From sequence record SRR2962707_4620: a DNA stretch of 53,814 nucleotides, one strand, 5' to 3'. A program made the translations under genes and the position numbers. Positions 42,040 through 51,151 of the stretch are shown here, in pieces (positions within the stretch are counted from its first letter, which is position 1; the number at the start of each line of letters is the position of its first letter). The notes below the pieces were generated by a model that worked only from the letters and a program-made list of their open reading frames with translations, did not search any database and was not told where the DNA came from.

Positions 42040-43266
42040 ATGAAAAAACTACCGTCGTTACTTATTGGGGCGTTGGCTTGTGCCGCGGTTTCACTCGCAC
42101 ATGCTAGCACCTTGGTGATCAATTCCGATCAAGCTGATCCCGCGCCCAAAAAAGCCTTTGAGGAAATTATTCATAAATTCGAATCTGAGAATCCAGATAT
42201 TTCGGTGAAATATAATCTTTACGATAAAGAAGGCTATAAAACTGCGATTCGTAATTGGCTAGCGACCAGCCCACCAGATGTGGTGTTTTGGTATGCGGGC
42301 AACCGAATGAAAACCTTTGTTGATCGTGGCATGTTTGAAGACGTCAGTGACATCTGGAAAAAAGAAGGGCTAAAAGAGCTGATGCCTGCAGCCACTTCAG
42401 CCATGACGATTAATAATAAACAGTACGGTATTCCTTACACCTATTATCAGTGGGGCATGTATTACCGTAAGGATATTTTTGCGAAGTTAGATCTGCAAGT
42501 GCCTAAAACATGGGATGAGTTTTTGGCGGTGAATGCCAAATTAAAAGCAAACGACATCACCCCCATCGCCATAGGCACAAAATATTTATGGACGGCCGCT
42601 GGTTGGTTTGATTATTTGGACTTGCGTACCAATGGTTTGAAGTTCCATATGGACTTAATGGACGGCAAAATCCCTTACACTGACCCTCGTGTGCGTAAGG
42701 TGTTCGAACATTGGGATCAGTTGGTTAAACCTGGGTATTTTCTGAAAAACCACGCCTCTTATTCATGGCAAGAAGCGCAGCCATTTTTGTACAACGGTAA
42801 AGCGGCCATGTATTTGATTGGTAACTTTATCACGCCGAACTTTCCAAAAGAGTTAGATGGGAAAATTGGCTTTTTCCAATTCCCAATCATTGATGCCAAG
42901 GTGCCGGTTGCAGAAGATGCGCCAATGGATACGGTTCATATTCCAACTCGTGCAGCAAACAAAAAAGACGCTCGTAAGTTCTTAGAGTTTATGGCACGTG
43001 CTGATAATCAAACGCTAGTGAACGCCGCCTTGTTGCAAATTCCAACTAACATAAAGGCTCATGCTCCTGATAATGTGTTCTTAAACGACGGTGTAAAAAT
43101 GCTGAATGCGGCGGCCGGAACCGCACAGTTTTATGACCGTGATACGTCGCCGCGTATGGCGCAAGAAGGCATGAAGGGTTTCCAAGAGTTTATGGTGAAA
43201 CCTGAGCGTTTGGATGCGATTCTAAAACGTTTAGAGCGAGTTAGAGAACGAGCGTTTAAGGAATAA
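42040..43266 (+). CDS. Carbohydrate ABC transporter substrate-binding protein
   Basis: Signal peptide MKKLPSLLIGALACAAVSLAHA; YGIPY, YYRKDIF, PKTWDEF, GKAAMY; GAGG RBS before ATG 42040. Confidence 0.92.
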   Translation: MKKLPSLLIGALACAAVSLAHASTLVINSDQADPAPKKAFEEIIHKFESENPDISVKYNLYDKEGYKTAIRNWLATSPPDVVFWYAGNRMKTFVDRGMFEDVSDIWKKEGLKELMPAATSAMTINNKQYGIPYTYYQWGMYYRKDIFAKLDLQVPKTWDEFLAVNAKLKANDITPIAIGTKYLWTAAGWFDYLDLRTNGLKFHMDLMDGKIPYTDPRVRKVFEHWDQLVKPGYFLKNHASYSWQEAQPFLYNGKAAMYLIGNFITPNFPKELDGKIGFFQFPIIDAKVPVAEDAPMDTVHIPTRAANKKDARKFLEFMARADNQTLVNAALLQIPTNIKAHAPDNVFLNDGVKMLNAAAGTAQFYDRDTSPRMAQEGMKGFQEFMVKPERLDAILKRLERVRERAFKE

Positions 43267-43312
43267 TAACGAGCGCGCTATATAAATAAGTAGCCGTGTG
43301 AAATGAAATGAG

Positions 43313-43350
43313 AAAGCTTGTTGGGGCGATCTGCCTTAGCAAGCTTTTTT
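43313..43350 (+). terminator. Intrinsic terminator of the sugar operon
   Basis: aaagcttgttggggc/gccttagcaagcttt plus T-run. Confidence 0.75.
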
Positions 43351-43379
43351 ATGGCGTATATATCGAGCGAGAAACGGGG

Positions 43380-43422
43380 TTATCACCTCTTACTTTTGCT
43401 GTGCCAGCAAGAGGTGATAAAA
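43380..43422 (-). terminator. Inverted repeat just downstream of the Tsx-like gene
   Basis: ttatcacctctt/aagaggtgataa. Confidence 0.55.
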
Positions 43423-43434
43423 CGCTGGCAATAT

Positions 43435-44232
43435 TTAGAACTTATATGTCACAGCGACATAGTGTCCGAAGCCAGTTGTTTTTAGGTTATATATGCCATT
43501 ATCTAGGCCGTAAACATTATTGAAATATTTCAAACCGTAGCCTACTGCGTAACGCTTAGAGTGCCAGTAAAGACCGTTAAAGTTTGCAAGGCCAGTGCTT
43601 GACGAGGCGTACTCTGGTCTTAGGCCGAATTGGTAATCAATATAGCCTTGGTAGGCTAGGAATGAACCATTTTCAAAAGTGGTTAAGGGTTTAAACCAGT
43701 TAGCCGAAAATTGATAGCCGTTCCAATCTTGTCTGTGTTCTGCCATATCGTACAAGCCGTAAAGGTTCATACCGACTTTGCCTAGCCAAGGAACTTCTAC
43801 ATCAGCACCGAGACCAACAAAAGCGCTGTTTACATCGTTACTGCTGCCGCCATTAACATTATAAAGTGTGGAAATGTAAAGCTCTTTCACAGGTCCGAAA
43901 GAAAGGTCTTTTCCTGTCATGCCATCCAAAGAGAAGCGAGGCGCTAACTTAAGGAACATTTTGTCTTTACCGTATTTATCGCTGGATTTACTAGACGTTA
44001 AGTTAAAGACATCAATGTATCCGTATAAATCTACGATGCCAGAGCGACCGCCAAACTCCATTTCTAGGTAGTCATGATCATTGCCACTGGTATCTGGTAA
44101 TTCATCAAATGCGTACATGAGATTGAATTGGCGCCAAGAGTAATCGTTCTTATGAATATCATCAGAATAGTCTGCTGCCAAAGCAGTAGAGGCTGCCGCC
44201 GCCATGCCTAGCCCTAAAAGTAGTTCGCGCAT
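43435..44232 (-). CDS. Nucleoside-specific channel Tsx/OmpK family outer membrane protein
   Basis: Signal peptide; HDYLEMEFGGRSG, DLYGYID, PRFSLD, WFKP, YQGYIDYQFG; C-terminal YKF. Confidence 0.88.
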   Translation of the reverse strand: MRELLLGLGMAAAASTALAADYSDDIHKNDYSWRQFNLMYAFDELPDTSGNDHDYLEMEFGGRSGIVDLYGYIDVFNLTSSKSSDKYGKDKMFLKLAPRFSLDGMTGKDLSFGPVKELYISTLYNVNGGSSNDVNSAFVGLGADVEVPWLGKVGMNLYGLYDMAEHRQDWNGYQFSANWFKPLTTFENGSFLAYQGYIDYQFGLRPEYASSSTGLANFNGLYWHSKRYAVGYGLKYFNNVYGLDNGIYNLKTTGFGHYVAVTYKF

Positions 44233-44269
44233 CGTTCTCTCCACGATAAAGGTAAAATATGATCACAAT

Positions 44270-44285
44270 GTGACCAATTGGTCAG
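44270..44285. promoter_or_regulatory. RutR-type operator
   Basis: GTGACCAATTGGTCAG contains the perfect palindrome TGACCA-AT-TGGTCA, matching the RutR consensus TTGACCAnnTGGTCAA; upstream of a nucleoside channel gene. Confidence 0.7.
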
Positions 44286-44662
44286 GAATATGACTTGAAT
44301 GTGGATGTTACATCGTTTTTTCTTCATTACAATCACTATTTTTGAAAAAAAGAAGGTGCGCATTTTTGGTGAATTATTTTTGAACGTGCACTAATAAGAT
44401 GAGTGAGTTTTTTTGTTTTTTTCTCTTTTAATTCGAGTTAGTTAGTCTTTATTTGGCTTTGATGAGCGGAGAAGGGGGCGCTTTTTTGGTGCGTCTTGAT
44501 TGTGAAAAATATCACAATATTTTTTAGGCATAAAAGCGTTGAGAGAGTGGAAAAAGTGACCGCCAGACAAGATGTCCTTGGTTTTCGTTAAATAACCGCT
44601 TCTAAATAGTGTGCATTTCGCTATCATTGGACGCTGTATCGATTTTTATAAGGTGGTTCTTT

Positions 44663-44908
44663 ATGTTCTTAAGATTTGGCTTTATTGCGTTTAGCGGTGT
44701 TTTGGCTTTGAGTTCTTCTAGTGTGTTTGCTTTTGACGATTACTGTACGCCTAAATTGGACGTCTACTTGAAGACGACTCAGGAAACAGTGGAGTCTAAA
44801 TATGTGCCAGAAAGACAAAAAGAAGTCGCTCAGAAGATTTTGGATAAAGTGAAAGCAAGTCGAAATGACACGAAAGATTGCGTTTTGCTGGATAAGTTGT
44901 TGCCCTAA
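44663..44908 (+). CDS. Small secreted hypothetical protein with two cysteines
   Basis: AAGGTGG RBS; signal peptide ending SVFA; mature part ~58 aa with a Cys near each end. Confidence 0.65.
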   Translation: MFLRFGFIAFSGVLALSSSSVFAFDDYCTPKLDVYLKTTQETVESKYVPERQKEVAQKILDKVKASRNDTKDCVLLDKLLP

Positions 44909-44998
44909 ACAATGAGCTTACATTTTTAAACGCAATTTATCTGTTTGCGTAATGAAATCAATCTATTATTTGTTTATCAGGATGGGACCTAGAATGAC

Positions 44999-47900
44999 AT
45001 GATAGAATTGATTTCAGCGTTAAAGAGTGCGACACGCCTCTTGGAAATGACATCGGCCGCGGTCGTTTTTTCTGATCATAGCGTGCTGCTTGATGATCAG
45101 AATACAAAGATGGCACACTTGGTTCAGTCTTTTCGACGCGCTCCTTTATCGTCTAATGTGTCCGTTTCCAGCCTCACCCACTCTGCTGATAGCAAGGATA
45201 GCTTTTGGCAGGGTATTTTAGTATCAGGCAACCTAATCGTTAGACGGCTTGATGCCGACACCTCGCAACCTGCGTATTTGATTTTATTTGGTGAACATGA
45301 GTTCACACATTTTTCCGAGCAACAGCGCCAATCCTTGTGTTTTGCTGAGGCGGCACTTAAACATCTTGTGTCGCAAAAGATCGACGCAGAAGCCATTTCC
45401 CGTCTTATTCCCCACGACGACATGTTTGAGTTTGTTAATAAAAACACCAGCATGATTGCCATTGTAGACAACGACCTGCGCTTTGCTTTTGCCAATGATA
45501 AATGTTTGGAGGGTTTTAAGTTAAGTCAGGATGAAGTCATTGGCAAACGGGTACCTGAGGTGATTGGTGAAGCTGTCTATGAAACCTCTAAAGAGTCCCT
45601 TGTCTCAGCTTTAAATGGCCAAAAAACAACCTTTTTACTGACCTTAAGGCATCGCGATGGTGAGGTTGCAAAGATTCTCGAGGTGGTGTGTACGCCAAAG
45701 CATCACCAAGGAAGGCAGGTTGGCTTGTATGTCGTTGCGCAAAATGTCACGCCTCAGCAGAAAACCTTGCAGACTCTTCGCAATCTCCATCAGATCACAG
45801 CAAATTCAACAACGGCGCTAGAAGATAAGCTGCAGAGTATTTTGGCGGTGGGTGTGTCTCAGTATGGTTTGCCATTAGGGATTATTAGTAAGATCCATGA
45901 CAACACTTATACCGTTAAGTACTGTGTTTCTCCTGATAATGAATTGTCACCTGGTATGGCATTTGACTTAGGACAGACCTATTGTGTGCACACCTTAAAT
46001 AATGGTGAGCCTACCTATTTTCACCACACCTCTAAAAGCACTATTAAAGATCACCCTTGTTATCAAAATTTTGGTTTAGAAGCCTACATAGGCGCATTGA
46101 TTAAGATTGATGGGGAAAGTTGGGGGACGCTCAATTTCTCCAGTCCACACCCAAAAGAAGAGCGCTTTAGTGAAGACGACATAGAGCTCATGAAATTGCT
46201 GGCTCAATGGGTTGGTAATGAAATAACACGACACAATACACTGGAAAAACTGCAAGCGTCAGAGCAGCAGCAACACTTGCTGCTTAATTCTGCGCACGAT
46301 GGTTTTCTTGGTATAAATTCAGATGGCCAGATTATTTTTGCCAACCAAGCGGCTTGCCATATAACAGGCTATCAATTGGAAGAATTATTAGGTCAGCATC
46401 ATCATCCTTTGCTGCATCATTCTCAGGCAGATGGTACGCCTTATCCTTTGTCAGAATGTCCAGTCAGTAGAACCGTACTGACAGGCGAAAGCAGTCAGTC
46501 TTTGGCTGAGCCTTTATGGGGCAAAAATGGGTTGTTTATTGCTGAGTATAACTGCGTGGCGATGAGAGATATTAATGGTCTGGTGCAGGGCGCGGTGATC
46601 ACTTTTCAAGATCGTACCCAGCAGCTTGCTGTTGAGCAAGAAATGCTAGAGCAGAAAAGGCTATTTGAATCCTTGTTCGTTGATGCTCCCTCGGCCATTG
46701 CCTTGGTCAATAAACACCGCGAAGTGGTCATGGTAAACCCCGCTTTTTGTGTGTTATTTGGTTATTCTGCAGATGAGATAGTCGGCCAAAATACCGCCAT
46801 GTTATATGCCTGTGAAGATGAATATTCACGCATCGGGGACGCCTATTACAGTGACACGGATGTCAAGGTAAACCCACTAGAGCGTGTGGCTTATGTAAAT
46901 AAATGCGGGCGCGTATTTTATTGCGAGACCGCGGGCAGCATGATTAAAGGTAAGCAAGGAGAAATTGAAGGTTACATCGGGCATATGACGGATATAACAA
47001 GCCGATTGCAAGATGAAAAAGAGAGACAAAGAGCCAATCAGCGCTTTTCTATGGCTTCTGATGCCGCGTCGATAGGGGTGTGGGAGTGGGATTTGAGCAC
47101 CAATGAACTGGTTTGGGATGATTGGATGTATCGCCTTTTTGGGGTGGAAAAAGAAGAGGTGAGTGATCCATACCAAGTCTGGAAAAAGTGCATTCACCCA
47201 GATGATGTGGCGGCGCTCAATGACAAAATAGAGACTTTTATTCAGGGTGGCGAGCGCTTTGATACGGATTTTCGCATTGTTCGTTTGGATGGACAGGTTC
47301 GTCATTTGAAAGCAAACGGAGTATTGGAATGTGGCCGAGAAGGGCACTCACCGAAATTAATCGGTGTGAATTTAGACATTACCTCCCAGATTGAAACCGA
47401 GGCGATTCTGCGCAAGGCCAGTAATGAAGCTGAGTTAGCAAATAAAGCCAAAAGTGACTTTTTAGCCACCATGAGCCATGAGATTCGAACCCCGCTTAAT
47501 GGTGTTTTGGGGATGGCTGAGTTGCTTTCACTCTCGCCGTTAAGTACTGAACAAGCCTCCCAATTGGGTATCCTCCAAGAATCTGGAGAAAGCTTACTTG
47601 AGCTGATCAACGAAATACTCGATTTCTCAAAAATAGAAGCCGGTCAGCTGGCGATTGAGTCGGTTGATTTTGATCTAGAGAAAACGCTTTATGATGTGGT
47701 GCGCCTGTTGATGGTTAGTGCCGAAAAGAAAGGCTTAGACCTGTTGGTGGAATACCCAAGTTATACGCCTACCAACTTCATCGGGGACGCGTTTAGGATC
47801 AAGCAGGTGCTGATCAATCTGGTCAGCAATGCCATTAAATTTACTCACACAGGGCAAGTCGTTGTGGCGGTGGCGTCGGCGCTGGGTGAGCTGGGGCGTG

Positions 47901-49417
47901 CCAATCTATCGATCAAAGTAACGGATTCAGGTGTTGGTATCGCTAAAGGTGTTCAAGCGTCATTATTTAAAGCGTTTACGCAAGAAGACTCATCAACAAC
48001 ACGCAAATTTGGCGGCACTGGGTTAGGGTTGGCGATCACTAAGCAACTGGTGGAGTTGATGGGTGGTAGTATTATGCTGCAAAGCGAAGAAGGGGTTGGT
48101 TCTTCCTTTACTGTGTCTCTTACGTTGGTGGAGAGTTATTTAAAACAGCCTTCGGAAAGTGTGGATTTGTCACGATGGCAGCATGCGAAAGCACTGATTG
48201 TGGATGACAATGAAATTAACCTGATGATTTTGTCTAATCAGCTGTCAGAGCTTGGTATTCAATGTGATCAGGAGCTAAGCTCAGTTGAGGGATATAAACG
48301 GATAATGTCGGCTGCTAAGAAGCAACCGTACGATCTGATTATCTTGGATTACCAAATGCCAGAGTTAGACGGATTGGCCTTGAGCGCCCTTATTCGCGAG
48401 CAAAGCGGTAATGATTATGCGCCAGCTATTATCATGGCCTCTTCCTCAGGACGCTTGAAGCAAGATTCTTTGCAAAAAGCGGGTGTGAATGTCTGTTTAA
48501 CCAAGCCGGTAGACAGTCATTCGTTGTCACTGGGCGTGGATGCAGCGCTGAATAGCCAGGTGTTGGCCAAGCCGGTGTCGTATTTCTCCTCGAGTGAAAG
48601 AGCGTCATTGTATACTGAAAAAGACTTTCCGCAATTTTCTGGTTGCGTGCTAATCGTTGAAGACATGCAGGCTAATATCGCCGTTGCGCGAGGCCTCATT
48701 GAGAAAATGGGTTTTGAGATTCTCGAAGCGGTAAACGGTGAAATTGCTGTTCAACAATGGCAAAAGCATCGTCCAGATTTGATTTTGATGGACCTGCACA
48801 TGCCCGTTATGGATGGATTGACGGCCATGAGAGCGATTCGTCATATAGAAAAAAATGACCCTCTTAATCGTAGTACGCCCATTTTTGCACTGACAGCGGA
48901 TGCTCACGCCGAAAGGTTAGCGGATGTCGAGCGTGCTGGTGGGGATGGGCTCATTGCGAAACCCTTTAAAAAGGGCGACCTAGTACGACTATTTAAACAA
49001 TATTTCCATCAGCAAGAATCTAGTAGAGACGTAAAATTGAGTCACGAAAGCGATAAGAATGAAGAAGGTATAGGCACTGATAAGGTGGTATTGGATCAAG
49101 CTGTATTGGATGAGTTAAAGTTAGTATTAGGGGCGGATTTAGAAATACTGTTCCAAGCTTTCTTTTCTGATGCCGAGGGCATTATAGAGACACTAAAAAA
49201 TGCCAGTGAAGAAAGTGTGGATTTAACGGCGATCGCTAGAGCCGCGCACAGTATGAAATCCATTTCCCAAAACTTGGGTGGGCGTGACCTTTCAGCACTT
49301 GCAGAACGTATAGAGAAGGCTGCTAAGCAAGAAGAGGTTCAAGAAGTGTGTGCGTTAATCACGCTATTAATCAAAGAGTACACGCTATTTTCTGAGGCGC
49401 TCAATAAAGAACGATAA
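44999..49417 (+). CDS. Cytoplasmic hybrid sensor histidine kinase (PAS-GAF-PAS-PAS-PAS-HisKA-HATPase-REC-REC-HPt)
   Basis: ATMSHEIRTPLNG, NLVSNAIKFT, GGTGLGL, ILDYQMP, LMDLHMP, AAHSMKS; GAF TYCVHT...YIGALI; no TM segment. Confidence 0.93.
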   Translation: MIELISALKSATRLLEMTSAAVVFSDHSVLLDDQNTKMAHLVQSFRRAPLSSNVSVSSLTHSADSKDSFWQGILVSGNLIVRRLDADTSQPAYLILFGEHEFTHFSEQQRQSLCFAEAALKHLVSQKIDAEAISRLIPHDDMFEFVNKNTSMIAIVDNDLRFAFANDKCLEGFKLSQDEVIGKRVPEVIGEAVYETSKESLVSALNGQKTTFLLTLRHRDGEVAKILEVVCTPKHHQGRQVGLYVVAQNVTPQQKTLQTLRNLHQITANSTTALEDKLQSILAVGVSQYGLPLGIISKIHDNTYTVKYCVSPDNELSPGMAFDLGQTYCVHTLNNGEPTYFHHTSKSTIKDHPCYQNFGLEAYIGALIKIDGESWGTLNFSSPHPKEERFSEDDIELMKLLAQWVGNEITRHNTLEKLQASEQQQHLLLNSAHDGFLGINSDGQIIFANQAACHITGYQLEELLGQHHHPLLHHSQADGTPYPLSECPVSRTVLTGESSQSLAEPLWGKNGLFIAEYNCVAMRDINGLVQGAVITFQDRTQQLAVEQEMLEQKRLFESLFVDAPSAIALVNKHREVVMVNPAFCVLFGYSADEIVGQNTAMLYACEDEYSRIGDAYYSDTDVKVNPLERVAYVNKCGRVFYCETAGSMIKGKQGEIEGYIGHMTDITSRLQDEKERQRANQRFSMASDAASIGVWEWDLSTNELVWDDWMYRLFGVEKEEVSDPYQVWKKCIHPDDVAALNDKIETFIQGGERFDTDFRIVRLDGQVRHLKANGVLECGREGHSPKLIGVNLDITSQIETEAILRKASNEAELANKAKSDFLATMSHEIRTPLNGVLGMAELLSLSPLSTEQASQLGILQESGESLLELINEILDFSKIEAGQLAIESVDFDLEKTLYDVVRLLMVSAEKKGLDLLVEYPSYTPTNFIGDAFRIKQVLINLVSNAIKFTHTGQVVVAVASALGELGRANLSIKVTDSGVGIAKGVQASLFKAFTQEDSSTTRKFGGTGLGLAITKQLVELMGGSIMLQSEEGVGSSFTVSLTLVESYLKQPSESVDLSRWQHAKALIVDDNEINLMILSNQLSELGIQCDQELSSVEGYKRIMSAAKKQPYDLIILDYQMPELDGLALSALIREQSGNDYAPAIIMASSSGRLKQDSLQKAGVNVCLTKPVDSHSLSLGVDAALNSQVLAKPVSYFSSSERASLYTEKDFPQFSGCVLIVEDMQANIAVARGLIEKMGFEILEAVNGEIAVQQWQKHRPDLILMDLHMPVMDGLTAMRAIRHIEKNDPLNRSTPIFALTADAHAERLADVERAGGDGLIAKPFKKGDLVRLFKQYFHQQESSRDVKLSHESDKNEEGIGTDKVVLDQAVLDELKLVLGADLEILFQAFFSDAEGIIETLKNASEESVDLTAIARAAHSMKSISQNLGGRDLSALAERIEKAAKQEEVQEVCALITLLIKEYTLFSEALNKER

Positions 49418-49423
49418 GGTTTT

Positions 49424-50341
49424 ATGAAAATACTCATTGTTGACGACACTAATACGGATCGACTTTTACTGAAAATGTATTTGTCTAAATTAGAGCACGA
49501 TGTTATTGAGGCTGTGAATGGAGAACAGGCCATTATCCAGTACATCAAAGACGCCAATGAGCTTGATCTCATCCTCATGGATGTGCAAATGCCTGAAATG
49601 GGCGGGTTTGAAGCGGTGAGCAAAATCCGCAGCATCCAAGAATCTCGAAACCTTGAGTGGGTGCCTATTATTTTCTTAAGCGCCAGCGCGGAAGCGGAAG
49701 ATATTGATGAAGGGATTCGTGCTGGAGGCGACGACTATTTGATTAAGCCAATTCACCAGAAGGTACTGTCTGCCAAAATGCTGGCAATGCAACGTATTGC
49801 TGATATGCGGCATCGTCTTATTTTGGCTAATAATGTGCTGGAGGCGCAAGCATCTACGGATCATCTGACTGGGATCTTAAATCGTAGAGCGCTTGAAGCT
49901 GTACTGGACCGGGAAGTGGCGCGTTCGAAGAGGTTTGAGTCTGTTTTTTCTTTTGCCTTGTTCGATTTAGATCATTTTAAGCGAGTTAATGACAATTATG
50001 GACACGATGCCGGTGACTTTGTCTTGGCTGAAGTGGTGAAACGGGTGTCTCAAGGGTTGCGTTCTGATGATGCTTTGGGACGAGTGGGTGGTGAAGAGTT
50101 TGGTGTGGTTATTTTTAATTGCGTTGGTAAGAAGGCAAAAGATGCCTGCGAAAGGTATCGACAATTGATCGCAGAAAAGCCATTTATCTATAACGGTATA
50201 GAAATTAAGACCTCGATTAGTGTCGGTTGTGTCGCGTTTGATATCAAGACGGATTCCAGAGAATCCATCTATAAAAAAGCCGATGTCTGTTTGTATGAGG
50301 CAAAAGGAGCTGGTCGTAATCAGGTGGTTTATCAAGAGTAA
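49424..50341 (+). CDS. Response-regulator diguanylate cyclase (REC-GGDEF)
   Basis: LMDVQMP receiver; DLDHFKRVNDNYGH; RSDDALGRVGGEEF (I-site and active site intact). Confidence 0.95.
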   Translation: MKILIVDDTNTDRLLLKMYLSKLEHDVIEAVNGEQAIIQYIKDANELDLILMDVQMPEMGGFEAVSKIRSIQESRNLEWVPIIFLSASAEAEDIDEGIRAGGDDYLIKPIHQKVLSAKMLAMQRIADMRHRLILANNVLEAQASTDHLTGILNRRALEAVLDREVARSKRFESVFSFALFDLDHFKRVNDNYGHDAGDFVLAEVVKRVSQGLRSDDALGRVGGEEFGVVIFNCVGKKAKDACERYRQLIAEKPFIYNGIEIKTSISVGCVAFDIKTDSRESIYKKADVCLYEAKGAGRNQVVYQE

Positions 50342-50378
50342 AAAACGCCAATAGACAAAGGTCGACTGATAAAAATCA

Positions 50379-50407
50379 AAAAATGCCCGTCATTAGCGGG
50401 CATTTTT
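50379..50407 (+). terminator. Intrinsic terminator
   Basis: aaaaatgcccg/cgggcattttt. Confidence 0.8.
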
Positions 50408-50497
50408 CGTTTTTATTGCAATAGAAGCTGTGTAGACCATAGGTTAACGGAGTTTCTTTTAGTAAACTTTTGGGACTTAGAATGAGATAGGTGAATT

Positions 50498-51109
50498 ATG
50501 GTAAGTCGACCGTCTTTAGAAACTGCTACAGCATCAGAACCTGATCGCTTTGTTGAACCCTTGGAATTGGGTAAGCGGGTAAAGGAAATTCGCTTAACCA
50601 AAGGGTGGACGTTAGAGGAAGTCAGTAAAAGGACAGGGATAGCCCGTTCAACTCTTTCTAAAATTGAGAACGATCAAGTGTCACCAAGTTTCACCATCGT
50701 TCAAAAATTGATTAAAGGGCTGGGGATGGATCTGCCGCAGCTTTTTGTCGAGGCCAGCGAGCACTCCATTGCGGGGCGCCGTGACATTACTCGCAAGGGT
50801 AAGGGGGAGCCTCACCCGACGGCGACTTACGAGCATGAATTGTTAAACTTCTCGATCAGCCGAAAGAAAATGGTGCCTTTTAAAACCAAGGTACGGGCAA
50901 GGAGTTTTGATGAGTTCAAGGAGTGGGTGCGTCATGATGGGGAAGAATTTTTATTGGTGCTAGAGGGGAAGATTAATTTTTTCTCTGAGCTCTATGAACC
51001 AATTGAATTAAAAGAGGGAGACAGTGTGTATTATGATGCCAGTATGGGTCACACCGTTGTATCCACGTCTAGTAAAGATGCAGAAATTCTCTGGGTCGTC
51101 GCGCGTTAG
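50498..51109 (+). CDS. XRE family transcriptional regulator with C-terminal cupin
   Basis: WTLEEVSKRTGIARSTLSKIENDQVSPS HTH; HDGEEFLLVLEG...GDSVYYDASMGH cupin. Confidence 0.92.
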   Translation: MVSRPSLETATASEPDRFVEPLELGKRVKEIRLTKGWTLEEVSKRTGIARSTLSKIENDQVSPSFTIVQKLIKGLGMDLPQLFVEASEHSIAGRRDITRKGKGEPHPTATYEHELLNFSISRKKMVPFKTKVRARSFDEFKEWVRHDGEEFLLVLEGKINFFSELYEPIELKEGDSVYYDASMGHTVVSTSSKDAEILWVVAR

Positions 51110-51151
51110 ATCGACGCCAGAGTAATGATTAATAAGAAGGTTTTAGAAGTT

